From Bacteroidota bacterium (GTDB lineage: Bacteria; Bacillota; UBA4882; UBA8346), in NCBI GenBank assembly GCA_050261255.1, contig JBLNDC010000349.1, positions 1-25,403 of the forward strand: 25,403 nucleotides of DNA, read 5' to 3'. Every line of letters starts with the position of its first letter. Within the stretch, counting starts at the first letter, position 1. Positions 8,545-17,515 of this stretch are shown here, one piece after another. The translations under genes were made by a program, and so were the position numbers. The notes below the pieces were generated by a model. It made no database searches. It had not been told where the DNA came from and saw only the letters and a list, made by a program, of their open reading frames with translations.

Positions 8545-10366
8545 AATTAACAGGATTGGCGGGCCAACGAATATCAACTATCAGTCCTCCGCCCGGGTTG
8601 GGTGAGAGCGAGACTCCCCATTTTTCACCATAAGCCAGGATCAACCTCCGGTGCGCATTAGCTAAACCATGGGAACTGGGAACCGTCGGATCGGCTAAAG
8701 CTTCCTTCACCGTTCGGAGTTGCTCTTCACTTAGACCGACGCCATTATCGACCACCTTAAAATGAATGGCATCGCCTTCATGCATCCCGGTAATTTCAAG
8801 CATTCCACTACCAGGTTTGGGCTCAAGGCCATGAACGAATGCGTTCTCCACCACCGGTTGGAGTAATAGTTTGGGTATTTGATATTTCAGGATCGCGGGC
8901 GCAACCTGGATTTCCACTGTAATCCGGTCGCCATGGCGCAATCTTTGCAATTCCAGATAGTGATTTAACTGTTCCAGGGCTTCCGAGATAGTGACGATGG
9001 ACGGTCCCCGGCCCAGGCTTAAACGAAACAGCTTTGACAAATTAAGGATGGCCCGGGAGCCTTCTTTGCCGTCCCCGCTTAAGACTAACCGATAGATACA
9101 ATCAAGAGTATTATAAAGAAAATGCGGGTTAATCTGCGCTTGTAAAAATTCCAACTCCGATTGGCGACGGGCCAGCCTTTCAACATAAGCCACCTGAATC
9201 TGTTGTTCCAGTTGTTCGGCGGTAGCGTTAAATTGCTGGAATAGTTCTCCGAATTCATCCTGGCGATTCTCGGAGATTCTGGTATTCAACTTACCGGCGC
9301 CGAGTTGATCCATGGCTTGGCCCAGCTGATGCACGGGATGGACTACATCGTGCAATAGAAACCAAGTTAATAGTAGCGCGGCCGCGATTGCAACCAGTAA
9401 ACTCAACCAAATAACATAAGAGGCCTCCTGATTTACCGGTCCATAAACCTGATCCAGGGGTTTCTCCTTGATATAAATAAACCCCATCGCTCCCCGAAGA
9501 TACATACCTAACACTTTAATCCCCTTGTCATTGGTATAAATTAAAGAACCGTACGGAGTATCGGGGCCTTCGGCTATCGCTTTGGCCAAGAGAGGTTTTT
9601 TTTGGGAATTATCGGAGAAGAGCTTATACTTCTCGGGGCTATGCCCGCCGGAGGTGGGAAGCGCCAACAACAGGCCGTTGGGGTCATAAAGTTCACCGTA
9701 TAATCCGTCAATGGGAAAAGTAGAACCGGTGGGAGTTTCGGATAAATCAGCGGAGCAATCCATTCCAATGATTACGGTTTCGCTGGTTTCGTTCGAAACC
9801 CAATAAATCGGCATCGTGGCCGGTCCGGGAGTCAACCGGACGTCTCCGATAAAACTGCGGGTAATCAAGATATTATTATTGGCAAAGGATGTTCCCAGCG
9901 GTTCGGTGGGCTCGATCCCTTGTAAAACCTGCCGCCACCAGGGGCGCTGCTTCAAATCGGCCACCGTCCAGTTTTGACCGGAACAGATGAATTGGCCGGT
10001 TTTGGGATAGATTAAATAGGCGGCCTGAATATACGGCAGGCCGTTAATTTGAGGCAGGTGGAGGATGGCCAGGTAGTTGGCGATCATTCGGCGAATCGCC
10101 GCATTGTCTTTATTGCGCAAGATAAAGGTCTGGGTAGCCAAATTACTGGTGATTTCAGCCCTACGCGCCAACTCGCCTAACACTTTTCCTTCGGATAAAT
10201 GCAATGAACTTAACATGCTATCGCGGGTGGCATCGGTAATCCGGTTTTTCAACCGGTTAGCCAATAATAGCGCGGTCAATGAGGCATACAAAAAGACCAC
10301 GAGGAACACGACTAGTAATATTTTAATTTGCAGGCTGGCTGGTTGCAGCTTTAAAATGCGGTTCAT
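8543..10366 (-). CDS. YesM-type sensor histidine kinase (2 TM, HAMP, His_kinase, HATPase_c)
   Basis: H-box LQAQINPHFLYNTLD, LLQPVVENAFVHG, DNGVG and HGLANAHRRL. TM segments near the N-terminus and before the HAMP domain. Confidence 0.93.
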   Translation of the reverse strand: MNRILKLQPASLQIKILLVVFLVVFLYASLTALLLANRLKNRITDATRDSMLSSLHLSEGKVLGELARRAEITSNLATQTFILRNKDNAAIRRMIANYLAILHLPQINGLPYIQAAYLIYPKTGQFICSGQNWTVADLKQRPWWRQVLQGIEPTEPLGTSFANNNILITRSFIGDVRLTPGPATMPIYWVSNETSETVIIGMDCSADLSETPTGSTFPIDGLYGELYDPNGLLLALPTSGGHSPEKYKLFSDNSQKKPLLAKAIAEGPDTPYGSLIYTNDKGIKVLGMYLRGAMGFIYIKEKPLDQVYGPVNQEASYVIWLSLLVAIAAALLLTWFLLHDVVHPVHQLGQAMDQLGAGKLNTRISENRQDEFGELFQQFNATAEQLEQQIQVAYVERLARRQSELEFLQAQINPHFLYNTLDCIYRLVLSGDGKEGSRAILNLSKLFRLSLGRGPSIVTISEALEQLNHYLELQRLRHGDRITVEIQVAPAILKYQIPKLLLQPVVENAFVHGLEPKPGSGMLEITGMHEGDAIHFKVVDNGVGLSEEQLRTVKEALADPTVPSSHGLANAHRRLILAYGEKWGVSLSPNPGGGLIVDIRWPANPVN

Positions 10367-10392
10367 TCCATTTTTCCTTAACTGTTTTTATA

Positions 10393-10511
10393 TTAAGGAA
10401 TTGCATAATTCATGATTTAAGCTTTGGCTCACAATATATTGATAGATACATCCGAGCTAGTCACTATATATTGTGGACAAAGGGTTTATTAAGGCAATTA
10501 TGTAATTCCCT
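10393..10511. repeat. ~119-bp self-complementary element, copy 2 (permease/kinase gap)
   Basis: Ends AAGGAATTGCATAATT / AATTATGTAATTCCCT are inverted repeats (14/16). Inner stem CACAATATAT/ATATATTGTG. Confidence 0.85.
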
Positions 10512-10573
10512 CATATAATTATGTTACAACATCTGACAATAAGTTCCTGCTATTTAACAAATAACTTTATTGC

Positions 10574-11437
10574 TTATTCCTTCAGGCCGGTGGTGGCTAA
10601 ACTCTGCATGAAGTAACGCTGGGCGATGAAGAACATTATCAGTAGAGGCAGCGTAAATAATACTCCCACCGTCATCTGGTAAGGGATCTGCGGCAGGGGG
10701 AGCGTAAATGAGACTCCCGGAATCTTCACATTGGAGATCATCTGCACCGCCAAGGTTTGGTTTTCATTAGCCAGGAAGATCAAAGGCTTAATATAATCCG
10801 AATAGAGCCATTGCAGAGAAAAAATACAAGTTGTCGTAATCGCCGGTCCTGCCAGCGGGAAGAAGATCTGCCAAAATGTTCTGAGCCGCCCGCAACCGTC
10901 AATCAGTGCGGCATCCTCCAATTCCTTCGGCAGGCTGGCGAAGAACTGCCGGTAGTAAAAGATAAAAATCGCCCATCCCGGAGCGGCATCCAGCCACCAG
11001 GGGAGAAAGCAGAAAGGATACGATAAAGTTAACAAACCCAGCTTGGCGAAGACGATATATTGGGGGATTAAAATTACTAGTTGCGGTAACATCATGGTTG
11101 AGAGCAACACCCCAAACAGAAAATTCTTTCCCGGAGCCTTGTAACGGGCAAAACCAAAACCCGCCAAGGCGCTGGATATGGTGACGATTACGGTAGTCGA
11201 AAGGCAGAGCGTAACCGAGTTGCGCATCGCCAGCCAAAAGTCGGTAACCTCGGTCCCCATTAACACCTGCTTGAAATGAATCCATTGGGGAGCCGGCGGG
11301 AAGATGGAGATGGGATAGGTAGCCAGTTCTTCGGGGCGTTTTAAAGCGGTGACCACCATCCAAAAGAGGGGAAATAAAAATATTAAACTCATCACAGTTA
11401 AAGTAATGATTAACGATACTTTTCTGGTATTATTCAT
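10574..11437 (-). CDS. Carbohydrate ABC transporter permease (MalG-type)
   Basis: FLFPLFWMVVTALK and the EAA loop LPKELEDAALIDGCG. Six or so TM segments. ATG overlaps the upstream stop. Confidence 0.93.
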   Translation of the reverse strand: MNNTRKVSLIITLTVMSLIFLFPLFWMVVTALKRPEELATYPISIFPPAPQWIHFKQVLMGTEVTDFWLAMRNSVTLCLSTTVIVTISSALAGFGFARYKAPGKNFLFGVLLSTMMLPQLVILIPQYIVFAKLGLLTLSYPFCFLPWWLDAAPGWAIFIFYYRQFFASLPKELEDAALIDGCGRLRTFWQIFFPLAGPAITTTCIFSLQWLYSDYIKPLIFLANENQTLAVQMISNVKIPGVSFTLPLPQIPYQMTVGVLFTLPLLIMFFIAQRYFMQSLATTGLKE

Positions 11438-12420
11438 TGCTTACCGGACCTCCCTTCCTGTTCTACCGCATAATGGACCCATGATGTGCTGGTTTTACGG
11501 ACAATCAACGCTATAGCCAAGATTATGACAAACAGGATCCACAACAGGGCGGTCCCATAGCCAAATCGCTGAAACGAGAGTATTTGTTGCAAAGCATAAC
11601 CGGGAAACACGAACATGGAATACCAAGGATTCCAGAAACTATTCGGATCATGGGCTTGAGCCATGACTGAGGCCGGGAGAAACATTTGTAAGGCATTGAT
11701 AATAGCCAGCATAATTTGGAAATAAGTGATTGGAGTAAGTAAAGGCCAGGTAATATGGAGAAAGATTTGCCCTTTGTTTGCTCCGTCAATCTCGGCGGCT
11801 TCCAATAGTTCCTCGGGAATGTTTTGCAGACCGGCTAAAAAGATGATCATCATCGTGCCGCAGCCCCAGACCGCAATCGCCACCAAACAATATAAACCGT
11901 AATTGTTAATCCAGTTTATCACCGTCCCTTTGCGGAACAGACTGATGAAGAGGTTGAGAAATCCGAAATTACCGTCTAAGATCGACTTAAAAACAAGAGC
12001 CGTGGCGCCGATCGGGATCATGGTCGGCAAATAAAAAGCCGTCCGGAAGGCTCCGCGGCCGGGGATTTTCTTATTGAGCAATATTGCTAAACCTAAGGCT
12101 ACCACTATGCTTAAAGGGATTGAGAGCAAGGTATAAATGAAAGTCTGACGCATGGTATACCAGGCGTCGGGACTTTGAAACGCCTCGCGATAGTTGGATA
12201 ACCCGATAAAAGCGGTACTGGAAAGGTCGAATCCGTTATAATTGGTAAAACTGGCAACCAAGGTGGCGACCATCGGGAAAACTTGCAAGAAAACGAAACC
12301 CAACAACCAGAGGCTGATAAAACCGTAAAAGGCGGTTGCTTCCCGTTGGATGAACCTTTGGAACCAGTGAGTTTGCTTTGGTCCAATTTCAATTGGCGCG
12401 GTTTTAATGGTTGTCATCAT
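11434..12420 (-). CDS. Carbohydrate ABC transporter permease (MalF-type)
   Basis: FLAGLQNIPEELLEAAEIDGA EAA loop and RTAFYLP. ATG 12420 has SD AAGGAG (the track start 12492 runs through a hairpin). Confidence 0.93.
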   Translation of the reverse strand: MMTTIKTAPIEIGPKQTHWFQRFIQREATAFYGFISLWLLGFVFLQVFPMVATLVASFTNYNGFDLSSTAFIGLSNYREAFQSPDAWYTMRQTFIYTLLSIPLSIVVALGLAILLNKKIPGRGAFRTAFYLPTMIPIGATALVFKSILDGNFGFLNLFISLFRKGTVINWINNYGLYCLVAIAVWGCGTMMIIFLAGLQNIPEELLEAAEIDGANKGQIFLHITWPLLTPITYFQIMLAIINALQMFLPASVMAQAHDPNSFWNPWYSMFVFPGYALQQILSFQRFGYGTALLWILFVIILAIALIVRKTSTSWVHYAVEQEGRSGKQ

Positions 12421-12449
12421 GATACTCCTTTCTCTTTTAATCCGGATGG

Positions 12450-12484
12450 AAAAGCGGGGCGGAGTGATCCGTCCCGCTTTTTTA
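12450..12484 (-). terminator. Stem-loop between SBP and permease (partial terminator / mRNA stabiliser)
   Basis: AAAGCGGGGCGGA / TCCGTCCCGCTTT inverted repeat with flanking A/T runs. Confidence 0.7.
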
Positions 12485-12495
12485 GTTAACATAAT

Positions 12496-13773
12496 TTATT
12501 TCATCGAAGCTTTATTGTCGGCAATGGCTTTGTTAACCTCTTTCTCCACATTGATTAAAAATTGGTCGAAAGAAATTTCGCCTTTCAGGGCCAGCTCAAA
12601 GTTTTTCCGCATCGAGTTCTCGTAGATCTCAGGCATGATATAGGGTGATGAATTTCCAATTTTAACGTACTTTAACTCAGTTTCTAAATTTAAGGCGCGT
12701 TCCTTGCCGTAAGCAGTCTCAGTGGAAACCAGGCCTAACAATGATTTCTGGCAGGGAACCCCCCAACCGCTGGTAGCCCGGTCTCGAGCGGGCGGGCCGC
12801 CGAAGAACCAATCGAAAACCCGGAAGGTGGCGTCGGGGTTCTTGGTTTTACTGGAGATGAAACCGCCGACGATGTTGAAGGACGGACTGATCCTAGGCTG
12901 TTTGGCATCCCAAACCGGAGCGGCGATCACCCCGACTTTACCTTTGGTTTTTTCACCCTCGGCCATGGCCCCATACCAGTAGCCATAGAAGATCATCCCG
13001 ATCCGGCCGCCGGAAAACATCGAACCTTCCCAGGCTTCGGAGGGAGAAATCGGGCTGGGAATGATTTTATCCTTGGCCAAGTCATAGAAGAATTTGCAGA
13101 TCTCCTTTACTTTGGGATTGCTGGTCAAGACAATCTTGGAACCGTCTTTGTTATACAGATTTTGACCGATACCGATCAATGTCTGCTCTAATTGGGCGTT
13201 AATATCCAAGGGCCAGAAAGCGAGGCCGCGTCGGATAATCCGGTCGCCTTCGGTTTTTTGCAACTTACGGGCGATCTCGGCCATCTTGGCATAAGTCATC
13301 GGCTGGGTGGGGCTTGGCACTGGAATTCCGGCTTCGGCAAAAGCCTCTTTGTTGCAATAACCAATCAGGGTCGGGCTCCAGTCTTTAACGAAGCCATAAA
13401 GTTTACCTTTGTATTTAAAATTTTCGACTACGGGTAAGAAGTCTTCTTTCTTTAAATACTTGGCTTTTTTCAGTAAAGTGTCAATCGGCATAGCCATTTT
13501 ATGCGCGGCCAGGTAGGGAATTCCGGCGCCATTGACCCGCATGATGTCCGGCGGGTTTCCGGCGGCGTTCATGGCCATGAAGCGGGCCATATCGGTTTCG
13601 AGCATGACCAGTTTGATGTCGGGGTTCTCAGCCATAAAAGCCTTGGCATACTCCACCGGAAATTCATTGGCATTGTACATTACGGTGACTGTGACTTGGC
13701 TGGCGGCAAAAATATTCATTCCCGCCAATCCGAAAACCGCAATCAGTAATAAGGCAATTAAAAACCTTTTCAA
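12496..13773 (-). CDS. Sugar ABC transporter solute-binding protein (family 1), Sec signal peptide without lipobox
   Basis: Motifs AGNPPDIM, YKGKLYGF, YCNKEAFAEAGI and FSGGRIGM. N-terminus MKRFLIALLLIAVFGLAGMNIFAA has no Cys. TTG start. Confidence 0.9.
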   Translation of the reverse strand: MKRFLIALLLIAVFGLAGMNIFAASQVTVTVMYNANEFPVEYAKAFMAENPDIKLVMLETDMARFMAMNAAGNPPDIMRVNGAGIPYLAAHKMAMPIDTLLKKAKYLKKEDFLPVVENFKYKGKLYGFVKDWSPTLIGYCNKEAFAEAGIPVPSPTQPMTYAKMAEIARKLQKTEGDRIIRRGLAFWPLDINAQLEQTLIGIGQNLYNKDGSKIVLTSNPKVKEICKFFYDLAKDKIIPSPISPSEAWEGSMFSGGRIGMIFYGYWYGAMAEGEKTKGKVGVIAAPVWDAKQPRISPSFNIVGGFISSKTKNPDATFRVFDWFFGGPPARDRATSGWGVPCQKSLLGLVSTETAYGKERALNLETELKYVKIGNSSPYIMPEIYENSMRKNFELALKGEISFDQFLINVEKEVNKAIADNKASMK

Positions 13774-13956
13774 TTGAATTTCATCTCCTTTTCCTTTATT
13801 GGTTTCGCGAGGCCGTCCCTATCGATTCCAATTAAACAAAGTCAATTATTAAATTTAGTAGGTTTGAATCGACAAGCAGTTGTTAGCCACTACGTGGCAA
13901 CAATGGTCGGTAGCATTTTCTAGGTAGTAAGAGGATTCGAGTTTAGGGGGATCCGG

Positions 13957-13997
13957 ATACTTGTACAAGTATTGTTACATCCATGTAAATTATAACA
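13957..13997 (-). promoter_or_regulatory. Putative sigma-A extended -10 of the ABC operon with two adjacent palindromes
   Basis: Minus-strand TGTTATAAT (13989-13997). Palindromes TTACAT-CC-ATGTAA (13975-13988) and ATACTTGTACAAGTAT (13957-13972). Confidence 0.5.
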
Positions 13998-14376
13998 AGA
14001 AACTTCTTAGTTCAATATACGAAAAGTTTACAATTTTCCGGATTATTTTGACCTGTTGATAGGAATCAGTGAGGTTTATACGGACAAGCTGCGGTTTTGG
14101 ATTGGAAGGTATATCAAGAGCTTTATCTGAAGCAGTATTCAAAAATCGAAATTAATAGAGCGTATAGTTATATTGATCCGGCCCCTCCCTGTTTCGACCC
14201 TATTTCTGAATGTCTTTTCAACAAAGAGGGGCACGGACCAGGTTTTCAAATTCCCGTCTTGTTTAACCTTACCTCTCTATTGACACGGCTTTCAGAATTA
14301 ATCCACTGTTCTGGGGTTTAAAAAACTGTTTCAGGTAAAAATATTAGCATACTAACTGAGGTAACAATTTTTTAAT

Positions 14377-15726
14377 ATGGATAATTTTTTACTGGTTCTA
14401 ATTGGTGTAATCTGCGGTCTAGCTTTAAGCACCGGATTTTTTGCCGGGATGGTGCTTATCTTCTGGCCGAAACTCCTTCCCCAAAGGGAGCTGCTGATTG
14501 AGTGGCTCACCCTACTCCGGAAAATCTCCTGGCACGAATATTTTGAAGCCAACCTCCGGGCTCAAACCGGCAAACCCCTTGACCGTCCTTACGGAACGAA
14601 GCGGGGGATCTTGAGCTTGGAAAAATTGCAGTTTAATCCGGTCTATCTAGCTAAAAAACCCATCAATAATTATACCGAAGTCGATACTTCCGTCGTTTTA
14701 GGGCCCCTGGCTAAAAAACCGCTTCAGCTCAAGATCCCGATTCTGATTGGAGGAATGGCCTATGGGAGCGGTTATAGTTTAGCTGCCAAAATCGCTTTAG
14801 CCAAAGCTGCGACTATGGCCGGAACCGCAGCCGACTCAGGTAACGGCCCCTTTTTGCATGAGGAGCGTTTCTTTGCCGAAAAATTTATTCTGCAGTTTCC
14901 CCGCGGATTCTGGAACCGGACCGAAACTATCCTAAAACAAGCCGATATGATTGAGATCGCTTTGGGCCACTCAGCCCGGGGTTCCGCTCCGGTAAGGATT
15001 AACGGCAAAAAACTAACCCCGGAGGTAGCCGCAAGGTACGGCTCCATTCCCGGACTGGACGTATTGATGGAAGCCAGGCTCCCTGAAGTTGAAACCTTTG
15101 AGCAGTGGAAATATTTGATTCAATATCTGAAAGAACTCACCGGAGGCGTTCCCATCGGAGTTAAGTTCGGTGCCAGCCATTCCCTGGAGCAAGAGCTAGA
15201 GATCTATATCAAAGGCGGCATTGATGTCTTGACCTTTGACGCAACCGAAGGTGGCACTCATGGCGGAGCCCCAATATTAATGGATGATTCGGGAGTGCCC
15301 CTGCTCCCGGCTTTATGCCGTGCGGCCAAATTTATCCGTGACCGAGGATTAAAAAATAAGGTCTCTTTGATAGTCGGGGGCGGTTTGGTTACTCCGGGCG
15401 ACTTTGCTAAATGCTTGGCTTTAGGGGCCGATGCGGTAATCATTGGGACTATTACGGCGTTAGCCCAGTCTCATACCCAAACTACCAAAACCATACCTTG
15501 GGAACCACCCACCGGTCTGCTTTACAACGATGGTAAAGAAAAGCAGAAATATAATCCAGATCAAGGAGCAAAACATTTAAACCACTTTTTCCAAAGTTGC
15601 GTTGCGGAGATGAAGTTGTTGGCCGGCGCATTGGGGAAAAGTAGCTTAAGGGAACTGGAACCCGGCGACCTGGTGACTGGAGACCCGCTTTATGCGAAAA
15701 TTACCGGGGTAGAGTATCTGTTATGA
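14377..15726 (+). CDS. Stand-alone FMN-binding glutamate synthase family protein with N-terminal TM helix
   Basis: Motifs IPILIGGMAYGS, MIEIALG, GVPIGVKFGA, DATEGGTHG and VGGGLVTPGDFAKCLALGADAVIIG. Confidence 0.88.
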   Translation: MDNFLLVLIGVICGLALSTGFFAGMVLIFWPKLLPQRELLIEWLTLLRKISWHEYFEANLRAQTGKPLDRPYGTKRGILSLEKLQFNPVYLAKKPINNYTEVDTSVVLGPLAKKPLQLKIPILIGGMAYGSGYSLAAKIALAKAATMAGTAADSGNGPFLHEERFFAEKFILQFPRGFWNRTETILKQADMIEIALGHSARGSAPVRINGKKLTPEVAARYGSIPGLDVLMEARLPEVETFEQWKYLIQYLKELTGGVPIGVKFGASHSLEQELEIYIKGGIDVLTFDATEGGTHGGAPILMDDSGVPLLPALCRAAKFIRDRGLKNKVSLIVGGGLVTPGDFAKCLALGADAVIIGTITALAQSHTQTTKTIPWEPPTGLLYNDGKEKQKYNPDQGAKHLNHFFQSCVAEMKLLAGALGKSSLRELEPGDLVTGDPLYAKITGVEYLL

Positions 15727-15955
15727 TCCTTTCCGAAATACATCTGTCACACGTTGAAAGTCGCCCTTTTAAAGACTCAAACTCGGAAGCTAAAGACCCA
15801 AACTCCGCCCAACAGATTATCTGATTAGTTTATCCCTTCTCAAGTGCATTTCTTTCATATTCCATTGTCTGATTTCGAAGCAACCTCATATCATGAACCG
15901 AGACCGGCAATCTCTGAAAAACCGGTTTCAATTCAATGTAATGGAGGAAGCCCAG

Positions 15956-16657
15956 ATGTCTGTGAATGAACCCCAAATTCCCTGCCCGGGAGGAACTGTG
16001 TACACAATCAGGCCGGGAGATGCCTTTTATCTTTTGGCAAGGCGTTTTAATACAACTATCGCCGCTCTCCAAGCGGCTAATCCCGGTGTAGATCCGACCA
16101 ACTTACGTCTCGGCCAGCAGATTTGCATCCCGGTTCCGAGCGTGCCGGGCCCTTGCCCCGGAGGCTTTTTCTATACTGTCCTGGCTGGAGAAACTTTTTT
16201 CAGCCTAGCCCAGCGTTACGGTATTTCCGTAGCAGCGCTGCTGGCCGCCAATCCTGGTGTCGACCCCAACCGGTTACAGGTCGGACAACGGATCTGTATT
16301 CCGGCTCCGCCCCGGCCGGAACCTTGCCCGGGAACACTCTATACTATTCAACCGGGTGATACCTTCATCGGAATCGCGCGCCGTTTCGGCTATACACTTG
16401 ACGCTCTGTTGGCGATTAACCCAGGGGTTGACCCCGATCGCCTCCGGATTGGCCAACAAATTTGCCTGCCGCCTTCCCCCGGAGGAGGTCCCTTCCCTTG
16501 CTTTGGCGGGACCATTTACCGGGTTCAAGCGGGAGAAACCTTGTATTCAATCGCCCGGCGATTCGGCTTGACCCTACAGCAATTGTTAAACGCTAATCCC
16601 GATATAACCAACCCCAATGCGATCCAAATCGGCCAGCCGGTTTGCATCCCAAGATAA
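15956..16657 (+). CDS. Four-LysM-domain protein, SafA/ExsA-like spore-associated
   Basis: Four repeats of CP-x-G-x-x-Y-T/R-I/V-x-x-G-D/E-T...NP-x-x-D/N-P-x-x-L/I-x-x-GQ-x-I/V-C-I/L-P. ATG 15956 has SD GGAGG. No signal peptide. Confidence 0.9.
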   Translation: MSVNEPQIPCPGGTVYTIRPGDAFYLLARRFNTTIAALQAANPGVDPTNLRLGQQICIPVPSVPGPCPGGFFYTVLAGETFFSLAQRYGISVAALLAANPGVDPNRLQVGQRICIPAPPRPEPCPGTLYTIQPGDTFIGIARRFGYTLDALLAINPGVDPDRLRIGQQICLPPSPGGGPFPCFGGTIYRVQAGETLYSIARRFGLTLQQLLNANPDITNPNAIQIGQPVCIPR

Positions 16658-16677
16658 ATCATTTTTCTTTACCACAC

Positions 16678-16702
16678 AACCCCCCAATGACGGGGGTTTT
16701 TT
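16678..16702 (+). terminator. Intrinsic terminator after the LysM gene
   Basis: AACCCCC-AATGAC-GGGGGTT followed by T run. Confidence 0.75.
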
Positions 16703-17126
16703 CATTTCAGCGCTGAGATGTTGCTTTAGGAAATCAAATTTACATCTTAACTCAGCTCTGTTATTAATAATAGTTAATTTGATACCCCTATTTTCTTCTC
16801 GCGCAGAGACCCCCCTCTGCTACTACTATTTTTATAGCTCTAAAATCATTTTACTGTATAAGGCGCGAAGGCACCGAGAAGTTTAGAAACATATTTCAAT
16901 CAACCTTTCTTAAGAACATAGCAAAATATATAGTAATTACCCCTGATGCACCTATCGATATATTGTTAGCCAAAGCTAAAATGAGAATAGTGCAATTTCT
17001 TAACTTAATTTTGATACTAAAAAATCACTCTAAAAACGATCGTAAATCATGTTCCATTTTAAAAAATAAAACATACATTGGATTAAGGGGAAGTCCCGCT
17101 AACCCCGGTGGAAAGGGGGTGAAACC

Positions 17127-17204
17127 ATGGCTGATTCCAAAGCCGCTTTCTTTGGTTTTCCGTGGTTCTTATTTCTATTCTTGATACCTTTATTCGGCAT
17201 TTAA
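17127..17204 (+). CDS. 25-aa hydrophobic peptide MADSKAAFFGFPWFLFLFLIPLFGI (not in ORF track)
   Basis: SD AAAGGGGGTG ahead of the ATG. Followed by a strong terminator. Resembles the 20.5-21.4 kb peptides (MAD start, FFG, P-W-x-L-F-L). Confidence 0.7.
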   Translation: MADSKAAFFGFPWFLFLFLIPLFGI

Positions 17205-17212
17205 TCACTAAT

Positions 17213-17246
17213 AAGATCTGATCTAATATCTTAGGTCAGATCTTTT
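17213..17246 (+). terminator. Intrinsic terminator after the 25-aa ORF
   Basis: AAGATCTGATCTA / TAGGTCAGATCTT 13-bp stem (one G-U) followed by T run. Confidence 0.75.
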
Positions 17247-17515
17247 CATGTCGGATAAAGTTTAACCATTCATTAGAAGTGCTCGGTGTAGCGGCGCTCC
17301 TAAGCGCAATTATTTTTTCGATAACCTAAACTTAAATTAATTATTTTTCGATTACGATTACATGCGCCTTTTGCTTATCTATCGACTTTTTCTTTCTAAA
17401 CAAGCAGCGCTTGCCTGTGATAATCGCTCATTTGAATAGTCGTGCTTTTTCCCCAGAAATCTTACAATCTGATGTAATATAATATATTATCTTTTGATCG
17501 AAAGGGGGTTAAGCG

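Noticed and set aside
13780-13960. Riboswitch in the SBP leader
   Set aside because: One stem-loop is present, but no conserved aptamer motif or expression-platform terminator could be recognised.
14097-14321. 74-aa ORF between divergent genes
   Set aside because: No SD, no recognisable motif, and it lies in a divergent promoter region.
16963-17184. 73-aa ORF
   Set aside because: No SD. It overlaps the better supported 25-aa ORF in another frame.
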